Source: Bryobacteraceae bacterium (GTDB lineage: Bacteria > Acidobacteriota > Terriglobia > Bryobacterales > Bryobacteraceae). From it: DNA of 64,000 bases. The first letter of the stretch is position 1, and each line of letters begins with the position of its first letter. The notes beneath the pieces are model-generated. The model was not told the origin of the DNA and searched no databases. It saw only the letters and a list, made by a program, of their open reading frames with translations. Positions 26,510 through 34,962 of this stretch are shown here, one piece after another. The stretch is taken from the NCBI GenBank assembly GCA_035541265.1, contig DATKNQ010000141.1, forward strand, positions 4,179 to 68,178, given 5' to 3'. A program made the position numbers and the translations under genes.

Positions 26510-27613
26510 ATGCGGACCTGGAACCGGGCGAAGCTGCTGTGGGGGTATCTCGCGCGCCGTACGAATCTGGCGGGTCTGCCAGTCGAGTACATCGTCGAGA
26601 CCACGGCCAAGTGTAATTTGTATTGCCCGATGTGCCCGCGGGAGACGCACAAACAGCCCAAGGCCGATATGGACGAGGCCGTGTTCGAGCGGCTGGTGCG
26701 CGGCGCGGGCACGACGGCGGAACACATGATGCTGATCGGGCTGGGCGAGCCGTTTATGGATCCGCGGATTTTCGAGCGCATCGAGTTCTGCCACCGGCAC
26801 AGCATTTCGACGCTGCTTTCGACCAATGGGACGTTTCTCGATGAGCGCATCGCGCCGCGGGTGCTCGATTCGCCACTGGAACAGATCACGCTGAGCTTCG
26901 ATGGCGCGAGCAAGGAGAGCTTCGAGTTCTATCGCAAGGGCGCGAAGTTCGAAAAAGTGCGCGACAATTTCGTGCGCTTCGCGAAGATGAAGGATGCGCG
27001 CGGATCGAAGCTGCAGGTGGTGGTGCAGATGGTGCGCATGGAGCGCAACGCGGGTGAGGTGGCGGAATTTGCGCGGTTCTGGAGCGCGGTGCCGGGCGTG
27101 GACCAGGTGCGCATCAAGGAAGACGAGACCAACCTGATGCGTCCAGATGCCGGGCACACGGCCGGGGACTGGAAACATCCTTGCCATTATTTGTGGCGGG
27201 GGCCCGTGTACGTGAAGCAGAATGGCGATGTGTATCCGTGCTGCCAGAGCTACATGCTGGACGGCGCGCCGCTGGGGAACATTGCGGTGAAGCCGCTCGA
27301 ACGCATCTGGAATTCGGAGGAGATGCAGGCGATGCGGCGCGCGCATGCGACGGGGCGGGCGGGCGAGATCGATGTCTGCGCACGGTGCTGCACCACGATT
27401 CCGCATCCGGCGCTGGTGGCGGGCAGCCTGGTTTTTCACGGCAAGACGGTGCGCAGAGTTTTACCGATGATCGAGCGGCTGGTCTACTTTTCGAAGCTGC
27501 CGCGCCAGTTGCTGCGGCCGCCCGCGCAGGCTGCGGGGGCGCAGGAGCTGGTGCAGATTGAAGGTTCACTCGGGCCGGCCGAGGGCCCGCAGCAGTCAGA
27601 GCATAGGCGTTAA
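26510..27613 (+). CDS. radical SAM / SPASM-domain protein
   Basis: CNLYCPMC (CxxxCxxC) cluster motif, GLGEPF, and a C-terminal Cys-rich SPASM/twitch-like region (CHYLW...VYPCC...CARCC). Confidence 0.85.
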   Translation: MRTWNRAKLLWGYLARRTNLAGLPVEYIVETTAKCNLYCPMCPRETHKQPKADMDEAVFERLVRGAGTTAEHMMLIGLGEPFMDPRIFERIEFCHRHSISTLLSTNGTFLDERIAPRVLDSPLEQITLSFDGASKESFEFYRKGAKFEKVRDNFVRFAKMKDARGSKLQVVVQMVRMERNAGEVAEFARFWSAVPGVDQVRIKEDETNLMRPDAGHTAGDWKHPCHYLWRGPVYVKQNGDVYPCCQSYMLDGAPLGNIAVKPLERIWNSEEMQAMRRAHATGRAGEIDVCARCCTTIPHPALVAGSLVFHGKTVRRVLPMIERLVYFSKLPRQLLRPPAQAAGAQELVQIEGSLGPAEGPQQSEHRR

Positions 27614-27791
27614 ATACGCGCAAAAGTTGGTTCTCTAAACCAAATGCCTCAGGCAGTCCGGCCGTACGCGGCCACAGGTCAGCACCTAACGTTAGACGGC
27701 AAAGTGGCACGGCGGGCATTGTCGTCCGCGGGGGCGGTGGTCATTCGTTCGGCATCGGCCAAACTGCCCCGCCTGATGTCTTCCATTTTCG

Positions 27792-28256
27792 TCATCGTTT
27801 CTTCCCCCCGACAAAGGGGTTCGCGGCTGCCTGCTTCATCCACGAGGCTACTTGGTGCTCGTCGAGATCGTCCACGGATTTCAGCTCGACGCCTCGTGTG
27901 GACTTGCCCATCCCAATCGGCGTCACAGGCGGTTCAGGCTTGATCTCCGTGCCGCGGATGAACATCAGTTTCACGTGACCGACGAAAGCGCCGGACGAGA
28001 AGCACCAGCCTCCGCCCACACCGTAGTACGCCATCCCCCACTTCACTGCACGTTGGAGGTTTGGCAACGTATTGGCAGCCAGAGCATCGACACGCTCGGC
28101 GATACCGCGCTGCGGCTGCGGCAAGCTCGCGATATAGGCGAACACGGGCGCGTCGCCTTCCGCGGCCTTCGCGGCGCTGGCCTTGCCGGTCATGGCGACC
28201 AGCAGCTTCGTGCCAGTTTGGCCTTGGGCATCAGGCTTGAGGGGAGGCTTTCTCAT
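27792..28256 (-). CDS. DUF1801 (YdhG-like) domain protein
   Basis: Pattern VFAYIASLPQPQRGIAERVDALA...AVKWGMAYYGV. ATGA overlap with the upstream SRPBCC gene. Confidence 0.7.
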   Translation of the reverse strand: MRKPPLKPDAQGQTGTKLLVAMTGKASAAKAAEGDAPVFAYIASLPQPQRGIAERVDALAANTLPNLQRAVKWGMAYYGVGGGWCFSSGAFVGHVKLMFIRGTEIKPEPPVTPIGMGKSTRGVELKSVDDLDEHQVASWMKQAAANPFVGGKKR

Positions 28257-28738
28257 GATCTCACCAAGGTGACGAGAACTGTGTCCAGCTGCTCGAACTG
28301 CTCGCCTGCCGCGCCTGTGCCTGTGCTTCCAGAGGCGATTGCGTCGTCGAGCGCTTGCTTTGAGGGATAGAGTTCGTTCAGGACCAGTAGCGTCATGCCG
28401 CCCTTTTCCTCGAAGGTCACCGTGGTAATGGGGCCATCGGGGCTTTCCTCATTCGTCCAGACGATGCGCGAGTTGGGCGTCACGTCGATGTACCGGCCGA
28501 AGAACGCCATAGGCTGCTCAGAGTCAGGGTGGCGGAACACGAAACGGTACGCGCCCCCCGTACGAACATCGGCCTCGCAGGAAATGAAAGACATTCCAAA
28601 CGACTTCGGCGCCCACCACCGCTTGAGCAACTCAGGCTTGGTCCAGGCCTCGAACACGATGTGCGCAGGGCCGTGGAAGGTTCGCGTGACGACTAGCTCA
28701 CGCTCAGACTTTCGTTCTACCGTCGTGGGGTTCTTCAT
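28253..28738 (-). CDS. SRPBCC superfamily protein (AHSA1/Aha1-like)
   Basis: ELVVTRTFHGPAHIVFEAWTKPELLKRWWAP...RIVWT pattern. Confidence 0.8.
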   Translation of the reverse strand: MKNPTTVERKSERELVVTRTFHGPAHIVFEAWTKPELLKRWWAPKSFGMSFISCEADVRTGGAYRFVFRHPDSEQPMAFFGRYIDVTPNSRIVWTNEESPDGPITTVTFEEKGGMTLLVLNELYPSKQALDDAIASGSTGTGAAGEQFEQLDTVLVTLVRS

Positions 28739-28744
28739 AAGGGC

Positions 28745-29110
28745 TCACTTTCTCTTCTTTCGTCCATCGACTCTTTCCTCCCGTTTCAATGACTCAACGA
28801 TCTTGTCCAACTCGTCGAAGCGCGCGTCCCAGAGCTGGCGGTAGCTCTCAATCCATGCTGTCTCTTCCTCTAGGCGGCGTAGGCCGAGCTTGCAAGTACG
28901 CACGCGCCCGACCTTTTCCGTGCTGACGAGCCCCGCCTGCTCCAAGACACCGACGTGCTTCTTCATGCCCGTGAGGGTCATATGGAACTTCTCGGCAAGG
29001 TCGGTTATCGAAGCGTCCGCACGCCCGAGCCGCTCCAGAATGCCGCGTCGGGTGGCGTCCGAGAGCGCGGCGAACGAGGCATCCAGGTGGGCTCGTTGAA
29101 ACTGAACCAT
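28745..29110 (-). CDS. ArsR/SmtB family transcriptional regulator
   Basis: Internal ATG at 29110. FAALSDATRRGILERL...ITDLAEKFHMTLTGMKKHVGVLEQAGLV HTH. The usual ArsR-SRPBCC operon context. Confidence 0.8.
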   Translation of the reverse strand: MVQFQRAHLDASFAALSDATRRGILERLGRADASITDLAEKFHMTLTGMKKHVGVLEQAGLVSTEKVGRVRTCKLGLRRLEEETAWIESYRQLWDARFDELDKIVESLKREERVDGRKKRK

Positions 29111-29120
29111 TGAGTTCAGT
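29101..29120. promoter_or_regulatory. 7-6-7 inverted repeat ACTGAAC-CATTGA-GTTCAGT spanning the arsR-like start codon (candidate auto-operator)
   Basis: Perfect 7-bp arms read directly. The spacer contains the ATG (29110-29108, minus strand). Confidence 0.45.
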
Positions 29121-29505
29121 ATATGACACGGATCGGCGGCATGCAAGGGGAGGTCGGGCGCGAGCTGCATCGTTCCAGCCACCTTCACTCCCAGGCGCTC
29201 CTTCCTGGGCGGCGTGAGCGGCGAAGTGAACGGGCGATGTGCGCATTCTCTGCCCAGTCGAGAGACGGAACAGGTAGGGAACGAAATACGCGTTGTGTTT
29301 ACCACGTCGCCGCTCTGTCCGCATCGTCGGTTTATACCGGACGTAATCCACTTGGCCGTGTAGTCCCCGACTCGCGGAAACGCCAGCGAGCGCCGCTCGG
29401 CCGTTGGGCGCCCGCCGGTATCCGTCCTGTTCATCGATGGGCGGGCTCACTTCTAACCGAGGACCACGGACTTGTGAACCCGGCTTATTGAACGCCTATG
29501 GGCAG

Positions 29506-30093
29506 TCAGAGTGACTGCCCCACGCTTTTTGCGGGCTTGGCGCGGTCGACGTACTTCAGGTTCGTGACATCCAGACGAATCCAGTCGCCGGATTTGATGA
29601 ACTGCGGCGTCATGATTTCGACGCCGTTTTCCAGGCGCGCGGACTTCCAGGCGCTATCGGCCTGCGCGTGAACGGGCGGCGTGGTGCCGGCTACGCGCAC
29701 TTCGAGAATCTCCGGAAAGTCGACGCTGACCGGACGCTCCTCAATGAATTCCACCGGCAGCTTCATCTGCGGCTGGAGAAACCGGGCTTGCTCGCCGACC
29801 ACCGCGAGCGGGATGCCGGCTTGCTCGTAGGTCTCAGGATCCATGAAGTAGCAGTGATCCGTGTCGGAATACAGAAACTCCATGGAATGTTTTTCGACGG
29901 GCAGGGTGTCGAGTTTGAGCTCGGCGCGGAAGCTATGCTCCCAGAAGGTGCCGGTCTCCAGATTCTTCAAGCGGGCGTGAGCCACGCCGCCCATCTTTCC
30001 CTGCCCTGGATGATAGTCGCAGGCCATGACCTTGTATGGCTGGCCCTCGAAACGAATCGCCATTCCGGCGCGCAATTGGGATGCAATAACCAT
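29506..30093 (-). CDS. efp: elongation factor P family protein
   Basis: LRAGMAIRFEGQPYKV...HARLKNLETG, FMDPETYEQ, three-domain length (195 aa). A 9-bp hairpin GGGCAGTCA/TGACTGCCC (29500-29520) spans the stop codon. Confidence 0.85.
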   Translation of the reverse strand: MVIASQLRAGMAIRFEGQPYKVMACDYHPGQGKMGGVAHARLKNLETGTFWEHSFRAELKLDTLPVEKHSMEFLYSDTDHCYFMDPETYEQAGIPLAVVGEQARFLQPQMKLPVEFIEERPVSVDFPEILEVRVAGTTPPVHAQADSAWKSARLENGVEIMTPQFIKSGDWIRLDVTNLKYVDRAKPAKSVGQSL

Positions 30094-30109
30094 CGGGCGC
30101 CTCCGATGT

Positions 30110-30937
30110 CTACGCTATCACCAATTTGCGGCGGAGGATCTCCTCGGCGCGCTGCGCGGTTTCCTGGACGAGGATGCCCATTTTCGGATGGGTGGGTTCA
30201 AGGTCGGGATGAATGCCGGCTTCTGCGAGAGCTTCGGTGGTGGTGGGCCCGATGGAGCCGACCACCACGCGCTGGAAGGCGGCGCGCACGGCGTCTTCGA
30301 TGCCCTCGTCGGCGGCCACGCGCAGGAGATGCCCGATCTGAATCGCCGTAGTGAACAGCGCGGCTTGCAGCTCGCCGGCGGCCAGGCGGCGGGCGGCGTC
30401 GCGCAAGGGCCCGGTGTCTTCGGGCAGAACCCACTGGTAGACGCGCACGCTGGTGACTTCGGCGCCGCGGCGGCGCAGCCCGGCGATCAGCTCGGTGTTG
30501 GAGCGGCCGTATTCCTGCACGGCGATGCGGCGCTCGGGACGATTTTCAATGGCCACGAGTAGCTCGCGCCAGGTGTTGGGCTCGGGCACGCTGACGGCTA
30601 TCGGCACATCCCAGATGCGCATGACCGCGGCCGGTTTGGGACCGCGCACCACGACGGTGAGGCCGCGCAACGCTTCGGCCAGACGGCCGGCGGGATAGCG
30701 CGCGAAGAGCGTTTGATCGAGCAGGCGCGCGCCCACGCCGGTGAGCAGGATCATCATGTCGAACTCGCCGGCGAAGAGGCGCTCGGCGAAGCGGAAAGCT
30801 TCTTCGTTTTGGGTGAGCGGCGCTTCGCGCATGGATGGCGCGACCACGGGATCGCCACCGTGGCGGCGGATCAACTCCGCGATTTCCACCGCGCGGCGGC
30901 TTTCGAGTGACAACACTTTCATGCCCGCGAATAACAT
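30110..30937 (-). CDS. hemD: uroporphyrinogen-III synthase
   Basis: HemD-like two-lobe pattern (VLSLESRR...ILLTGVGARLL...ALFTTAIQ). Start at 30937 or 30922. Confidence 0.75.
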   Translation of the reverse strand: MLFAGMKVLSLESRRAVEIAELIRRHGGDPVVAPSMREAPLTQNEEAFRFAERLFAGEFDMMILLTGVGARLLDQTLFARYPAGRLAEALRGLTVVVRGPKPAAVMRIWDVPIAVSVPEPNTWRELLVAIENRPERRIAVQEYGRSNTELIAGLRRRGAEVTSVRVYQWVLPEDTGPLRDAARRLAAGELQAALFTTAIQIGHLLRVAADEGIEDAVRAAFQRVVVGSIGPTTTEALAEAGIHPDLEPTHPKMGILVQETAQRAEEILRRKLVIA

Positions 30938-30952
30938 AGTGCGCCCCGAGAC

Positions 30953-31471
30953 TTAGGCCAAAGTCCGGCCGCCTGCCCGCCGGACCTCCAGTAACAGGAT
31001 CACACCCTTGGCCAGTTCTTTCAACTGGTCAGCCTGTTCGGGAGTGAGATGGCGCGGCTGGCGATCGAGTACGCAAAGGGTGCCGAGCGCCAGTCCTTCG
31101 GGCGAAAGCAATGGCACGCCGGCGTAGAAGCGCACGCCGGCCGACTCGTGGACCAGCGGATTATTTGCGAAACGTTCGTCGGGCAGCGCGTCGTGGGCCA
31201 CATACAATTCGGACTGGCAGATAGCATGCGCGCAAAACGAAGTTGCCCGCGGCGTCTCACGCAGATCCAGGCCGGCTCGCGACTTGAACCAGACGCGGTC
31301 GCGATCCACGAAGGTCAGCAGGCTGATGGGCGCCTGGCAGACCTGGGCCGCGCGCGCCGTAATTTCATCGAACATCGGCTCGGCGGCGGTGTCGAGTATG
31401 TCGTATTGGCGCAACAGGTTGAGGCGCGAGCGCTCGTTCAGCGGAATCGGCGGCTTCATGGAACTCTCCAC
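30953..31471 (-). CDS. stand-alone GAF domain protein
   Basis: ERSRLNLLRQYDILDT...PISLLTFVDRDRVWFKS...FCAHAI...FYAGVPL..G..LGTLCVLD is the typical GAF pattern. Confidence 0.8.
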   Translation of the reverse strand: MESSMKPPIPLNERSRLNLLRQYDILDTAAEPMFDEITARAAQVCQAPISLLTFVDRDRVWFKSRAGLDLRETPRATSFCAHAICQSELYVAHDALPDERFANNPLVHESAGVRFYAGVPLLSPEGLALGTLCVLDRQPRHLTPEQADQLKELAKGVILLLEVRRAGGRTLA

Positions 31472-31638
31472 CAGGATTTGACTGTAACAAATTTATAAGC
31501 ACTACAGTTACCTGTCACCTAAGGTTCCGCCCAGTAGCGCTCTTGTTTGACCGATTCTTTCTGGAAGCCGGCGCGCCGCAATGTGCTCGCGGCAGAGAGG
31601 GAACTACTCCAGTGACTGTAGCGGACAAAGCCGCGGCG

Positions 31639-32928
31639 TCAACTTACCTTCGGGGACGCGGGAGTCTGATGTTTGAGCTCGACTGTGGGATCAACCATCA
31701 GCCAGAGCAGCGAGCCGGCCGCGCAGAGGGCCGCGGCCACCAGGAAGGAGGCGGTCCAACTGAAGGCGTGCGCAATCAGCGGCGTCAGCGACGCCGTGAC
31801 GATACCGCCGATCTGGCCGCCCATGTTCATGATGCCGGAGACGGAACCGGCCGAAGCGCCGCCCATATCGGCGGTCACCGACCAAAAGGAGCTCTGCGAA
31901 AGATAGAGCGCACCGGCGCCGCCCGCCAGGACCACGCTGGCCAGGCGCGCGCTCGAGACCTGCGTGCCCAGGGCGATGAAGATGGCCGCCAGCGCGATGC
32001 CGGCTATGGCGACGCCGCAGCGGCCGACGCGTTTGCCGTAGCGGTGCGTGAGCCTGTCGCTGGCGATTCCGCCAATTGTGGAGCCGACCGCCATGGCGAT
32101 GAAGGGTAGCATCGAGTAATAAGAGCTGGACTTGAGATCGAGGCCGCGCACGCGGCTCAGGTAGATGAAGAACCAAGCGAAGAAAATCCAGGCAGCGTAG
32201 CCGTAGGTGAAGTAACTGGCGGCGATGGCCAGCACTTCTTTGCTTTTCAGAATGGTGCTCCAGGGGAGGGCCTTGCCGATCTCGAGTTCCGCGGGCGGCT
32301 CGGGCAATCCGCGCTCGATGAGCGTCATTTCTTCCCTGGTCACCCAGGGATGCTCTTCGGGCCGGTCGCGCGCGATCCAATACCAGATGGCGCCCGCGCC
32401 CAGGCCGATCGCGGCGCTGATCCAGAATGAGGCGCGCCAGCCGTACGTCAGAACGATGTAGGTGACCAGAGGCGGCGTCACGCCAGCGCCGACTCCCACG
32501 CCCGCGAAGATCAGCCCGTTGGCCAGGCCGCGTTCTTCGGTAGGAATCCAGGCGGCAACCAGGCGGTTGGATGCCGGATACAGCACCGCTTCGCCCGCGC
32601 CCAGCGAGAAACGGACGACGAGCAGGATGGCGAGCACGCCTGCCATGCCCGCGGATATTGAAGCGGTCAGCGTAGTGAAGACTCCCCACCACAGCGTGCC
32701 GAACAGCAGGATGCGGCGGGGTCCGAACCGGTCCGCCAGGCGGCCGGCGGGCGCTTGCAGCAGCGCGTATCCCACCAGGAAGGCGCTGAAGACCGGACCG
32801 AGTTCCAGGTCGGTGATGTGGAACTCCTGCTGAATAAAACGGCCGGCGATGGAAATGTTGACACGGTCGAGATACGAGATGGCACTGATGGTAAACACCC
32901 AGAAGATGAGCAGCCAGCGGACGCGCAT
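31639..32928 (-). CDS. MFS transporter, anion:cation symporter (sugar-acid transporter-like) family
   Basis: Internal ATG at 32928. ISYLDRVNISIAG, GRLADRFGPRR motifs and 12 TM-like segments. Confidence 0.85.
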   Translation of the reverse strand: MRVRWLLIFWVFTISAISYLDRVNISIAGRFIQQEFHITDLELGPVFSAFLVGYALLQAPAGRLADRFGPRRILLFGTLWWGVFTTLTASISAGMAGVLAILLVVRFSLGAGEAVLYPASNRLVAAWIPTEERGLANGLIFAGVGVGAGVTPPLVTYIVLTYGWRASFWISAAIGLGAGAIWYWIARDRPEEHPWVTREEMTLIERGLPEPPAELEIGKALPWSTILKSKEVLAIAASYFTYGYAAWIFFAWFFIYLSRVRGLDLKSSSYYSMLPFIAMAVGSTIGGIASDRLTHRYGKRVGRCGVAIAGIALAAIFIALGTQVSSARLASVVLAGGAGALYLSQSSFWSVTADMGGASAGSVSGIMNMGGQIGGIVTASLTPLIAHAFSWTASFLVAAALCAAGSLLWLMVDPTVELKHQTPASPKVS

Positions 32929-32986
32929 AGAAAGACAATCATACCCGCAGGCAGGGTGCGCATCGCGCTGATGTACAATCTCTGTT

Positions 32987-34015
32987 GTGAAAAACGTCCT
33001 GGCAGTCTCCTCTCTCGCCCTGTTCGCGATGGCCGCGCCGCTGTTCCCGCAGACCGTCAAGAAACTGGACCCCGCGCTCGACAAGCTGATTCCGGCGGGC
33101 GCGAAACTCACGCGCGTGGCCACGGGATTCAACAAGTGGACCGAAGGCCCGGTATGGACGCGCACCAATGCGCTGCTGTTTGCCGAGATCCCCGGCAACA
33201 GCATCATGATCTGGCGGCCGGACCAGAAGGCATCGATCTTCATGCATCCGAGCGCTTACACGGGTTCGGCGCCGTACGGCGGTCCGGAGCCGGGATCGAA
33301 CGGAATGACGCTCGATGCGCGCGGCCGGCTGACGGTGGCGGGGCATGCGCGGCGGAATGTGTGGCGGCTCGAGAAACTGGATCCCAAGGCGACCATCACG
33401 GTGCTGGCGGATCAGTACGACGGGAAGAAGCTGAACAGCCCGAACGATCTGGTGTACAAGTCGGACGGGTCGCTGTATTTCACCGATCCGCCGTATGGAC
33501 TGCCCACGCAGGGCGATTCGGACCCGGCGAAGGAGCTTAAGGTGAATGGCGTTTACCGGGTTTTGGGGGCGCTCGATCAGAAACCGGGCGCGCCGCCGGA
33601 TCACGCGAAGATCCAGCTTCTGATCAGGGACCTGCCGCGGCCGAACGGGATCGCGTTTTCGCCGGACGAGAAATTTCTGTACGTGAATAATTCCGAGCCG
33701 AAGAAGATCTGGATGAAATACACGGTGCAGCCGGACGGGACCGTGACGAACGGCACGCTGATCTGCGACGCCACCAGCGATCCGGCGGTGGGAGCGCCGG
33801 ATGGGATGAAGGTCGATCGCGACGGCAACATCTATAGCGCCGGTCCGGGCGGCGTCTGGATCTTGTCACCCGCGGGGAAGCATCTGGGGACCATCGTGGT
33901 GCCGGAGCGGGTCGGGAATCTGGCTTGGGGCGGTCGGTCGGGCAAGACGTTGTATATCACGGCGAGCACCAGCGTGTATGCGATGGATGTGACCTTGGGC
34001 GGCGTGAAGCCTTAG
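32987..34015 (+). CDS. SMP-30/gluconolactonase/LRE family protein, secreted
   Basis: Signal peptide. WTEGPVW, NSPNDLVYKSDGSLYFTDP, PNGIAFSPDEKFLYV motifs. Divergent from the MFS gene (58-bp spacer). Confidence 0.85.
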   Translation: MKNVLAVSSLALFAMAAPLFPQTVKKLDPALDKLIPAGAKLTRVATGFNKWTEGPVWTRTNALLFAEIPGNSIMIWRPDQKASIFMHPSAYTGSAPYGGPEPGSNGMTLDARGRLTVAGHARRNVWRLEKLDPKATITVLADQYDGKKLNSPNDLVYKSDGSLYFTDPPYGLPTQGDSDPAKELKVNGVYRVLGALDQKPGAPPDHAKIQLLIRDLPRPNGIAFSPDEKFLYVNNSEPKKIWMKYTVQPDGTVTNGTLICDATSDPAVGAPDGMKVDRDGNIYSAGPGGVWILSPAGKHLGTIVVPERVGNLAWGGRSGKTLYITASTSVYAMDVTLGGVKP

Positions 34016-34023
34016 TTTTGAAG

Positions 34024-34049
34024 GGGCGGCCTGCGAGGCCGCCGCGGGC
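34024..34049. repeat. GC-rich palindromic element GGGCGGCC-TGCGA-GGCCGCCGCGGGC, copy 2 of 2 (terminator-like position)
   Basis: 23/26 identical to 3587-3612. Followed by a second hairpin GGGCCGGG/CCCGGCCC (34046-34063). Lies 9 nt after the lactonase stop. Confidence 0.55.
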
Positions 34050-34089
34050 CGGGGGCCCGGCCCACCATTCCGGCTACAATTGCAGAATC

Positions 34090-34452
34090 ATGGCCTACTT
34101 GCCCCTCATCGCGATTGGTTTAGGCGCCGGTGTGCTCGCCGGCATGTTTGGTATCGGCGGCGGATTGGTGATTGTGCCTGCTTTGCTTTATTTCATGAAG
34201 CTCAATGAAGTGGACGCCATCGGCACGTCGCTGGCTGCGCTGATTCCGCCGGTGGGGCTGCTGGGCGCGCTCGAATACTACCACAACGGCCACATGAATC
34301 TGAAATACGCCCTGATTATCGCGGCCGGTTTGTTTGCGGGTTCTTACTTTGGCGCGCGGATTATTCTGTCACTGCCGCCCATCATGATCCGGCGGATTTA
34401 CGCCGTTTTCCTGGTAATTGTGGCGGCACGCATGCTGCTATCGAGTAAGTAA
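34090..34452 (+). CDS. half-size TauE/SafE family membrane protein (120 aa)
   Basis: ATG at 34090. GMFGIGGGLVIVPAL motif and about 4 TM segments only. Confidence 0.75.
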   Translation: MAYLPLIAIGLGAGVLAGMFGIGGGLVIVPALLYFMKLNEVDAIGTSLAALIPPVGLLGALEYYHNGHMNLKYALIIAAGLFAGSYFGARIILSLPPIMIRRIYAVFLVIVAARMLLSSK

Positions 34453-34917
34453 TCAACGCAACAGGCGGTTGCCGTTGGCGGTCTGACCCACGCTCACTAC
34501 ATCGACAAACGAGGTGAGGCTGCGCGCGGCCTTGTCGACGTCCTCGCCTTCCTGCAGCACGATCTCGTGCTCGATCCAGTTGGAAAGCGGGATATTGCGG
34601 AAGAAGATGCGCTCCTGCAGAACCAGGGCCTTGCGATTCTGGAACAGCAGCTTGTTATCGCGCACGTAATGGCGCTGCTCGACGTGCACGTCGCCCAAGA
34701 AATCGTCGAGGGCTTCGCGGCGGGCGGCTTCCTTGGCGCCGCGCAGAGCCTGTTCGAGCGAATGCTTCTCGGCTTCCAGCGCGCCGCGGGCTTGGGCCAT
34801 GGCTTCGCGCTCGCGGGCCAACGCGACTTCCATGCGGGACTGCATGACGTAGAAGGCCAGCAAGCCGGAGCCGACCGCCACGAAGCCCGGCAGCAATATC
34901 CACAGAATCGCGTCCAT
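34453..34917 (-). CDS. hypothetical membrane-anchored coiled-coil protein
   Basis: 154-aa ORF with an N-terminal TM then a charged helix. No family recognised. Confidence 0.55.
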   Translation of the reverse strand: MDAILWILLPGFVAVGSGLLAFYVMQSRMEVALAREREAMAQARGALEAEKHSLEQALRGAKEAARREALDDFLGDVHVEQRHYVRDNKLLFQNRKALVLQERIFFRNIPLSNWIEHEIVLQEGEDVDKAARSLTSFVDVVSVGQTANGNRLLR

Positions 34918-34962
34918 CGCCTACATGATAGCCGAAACCGTTGCCCGGCGCTTGTTTCTTCT

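Noticed and set aside
26474-27439. N-terminal 320 codons of the tabulated 770-aa minus-strand ORF
   Set aside because: Photolyase homology begins only at the internal ATG at 26473. The upstream part is antisense to the radical SAM gene and is Arg/His-rich.
27705-27721. TGGCACGGCGGGCATTG, considered as a sigma54 (-24/-12) promoter
   Set aside because: The GC of the -12 element is displaced by 2 nt relative to the TGGCAC-N5-TTGC consensus, and no plus-strand gene lies downstream.
27644-27943. 99-aa ORF just downstream of the radical SAM/SPASM gene, considered as a RiPP precursor
   Set aside because: It does not terminate before running antisense into the DUF1801 gene. It has no leader/core-like organisation or Cys/Ser/Thr-rich core, and it is Arg/Ser-rich and artefact-like.
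32929-33243. Upstream extension of the MFS transporter ORF (and similarly 33925-34089 for the TauE-like ORF, 14533-14628 for yhaM-like, 29111-29434 for arsR-like)
   Set aside because: The extensions overlap neighbouring genes or intergenic hairpins and lack family similarity. Internal starts give proteins of canonical length, several with RBS-like sequences.
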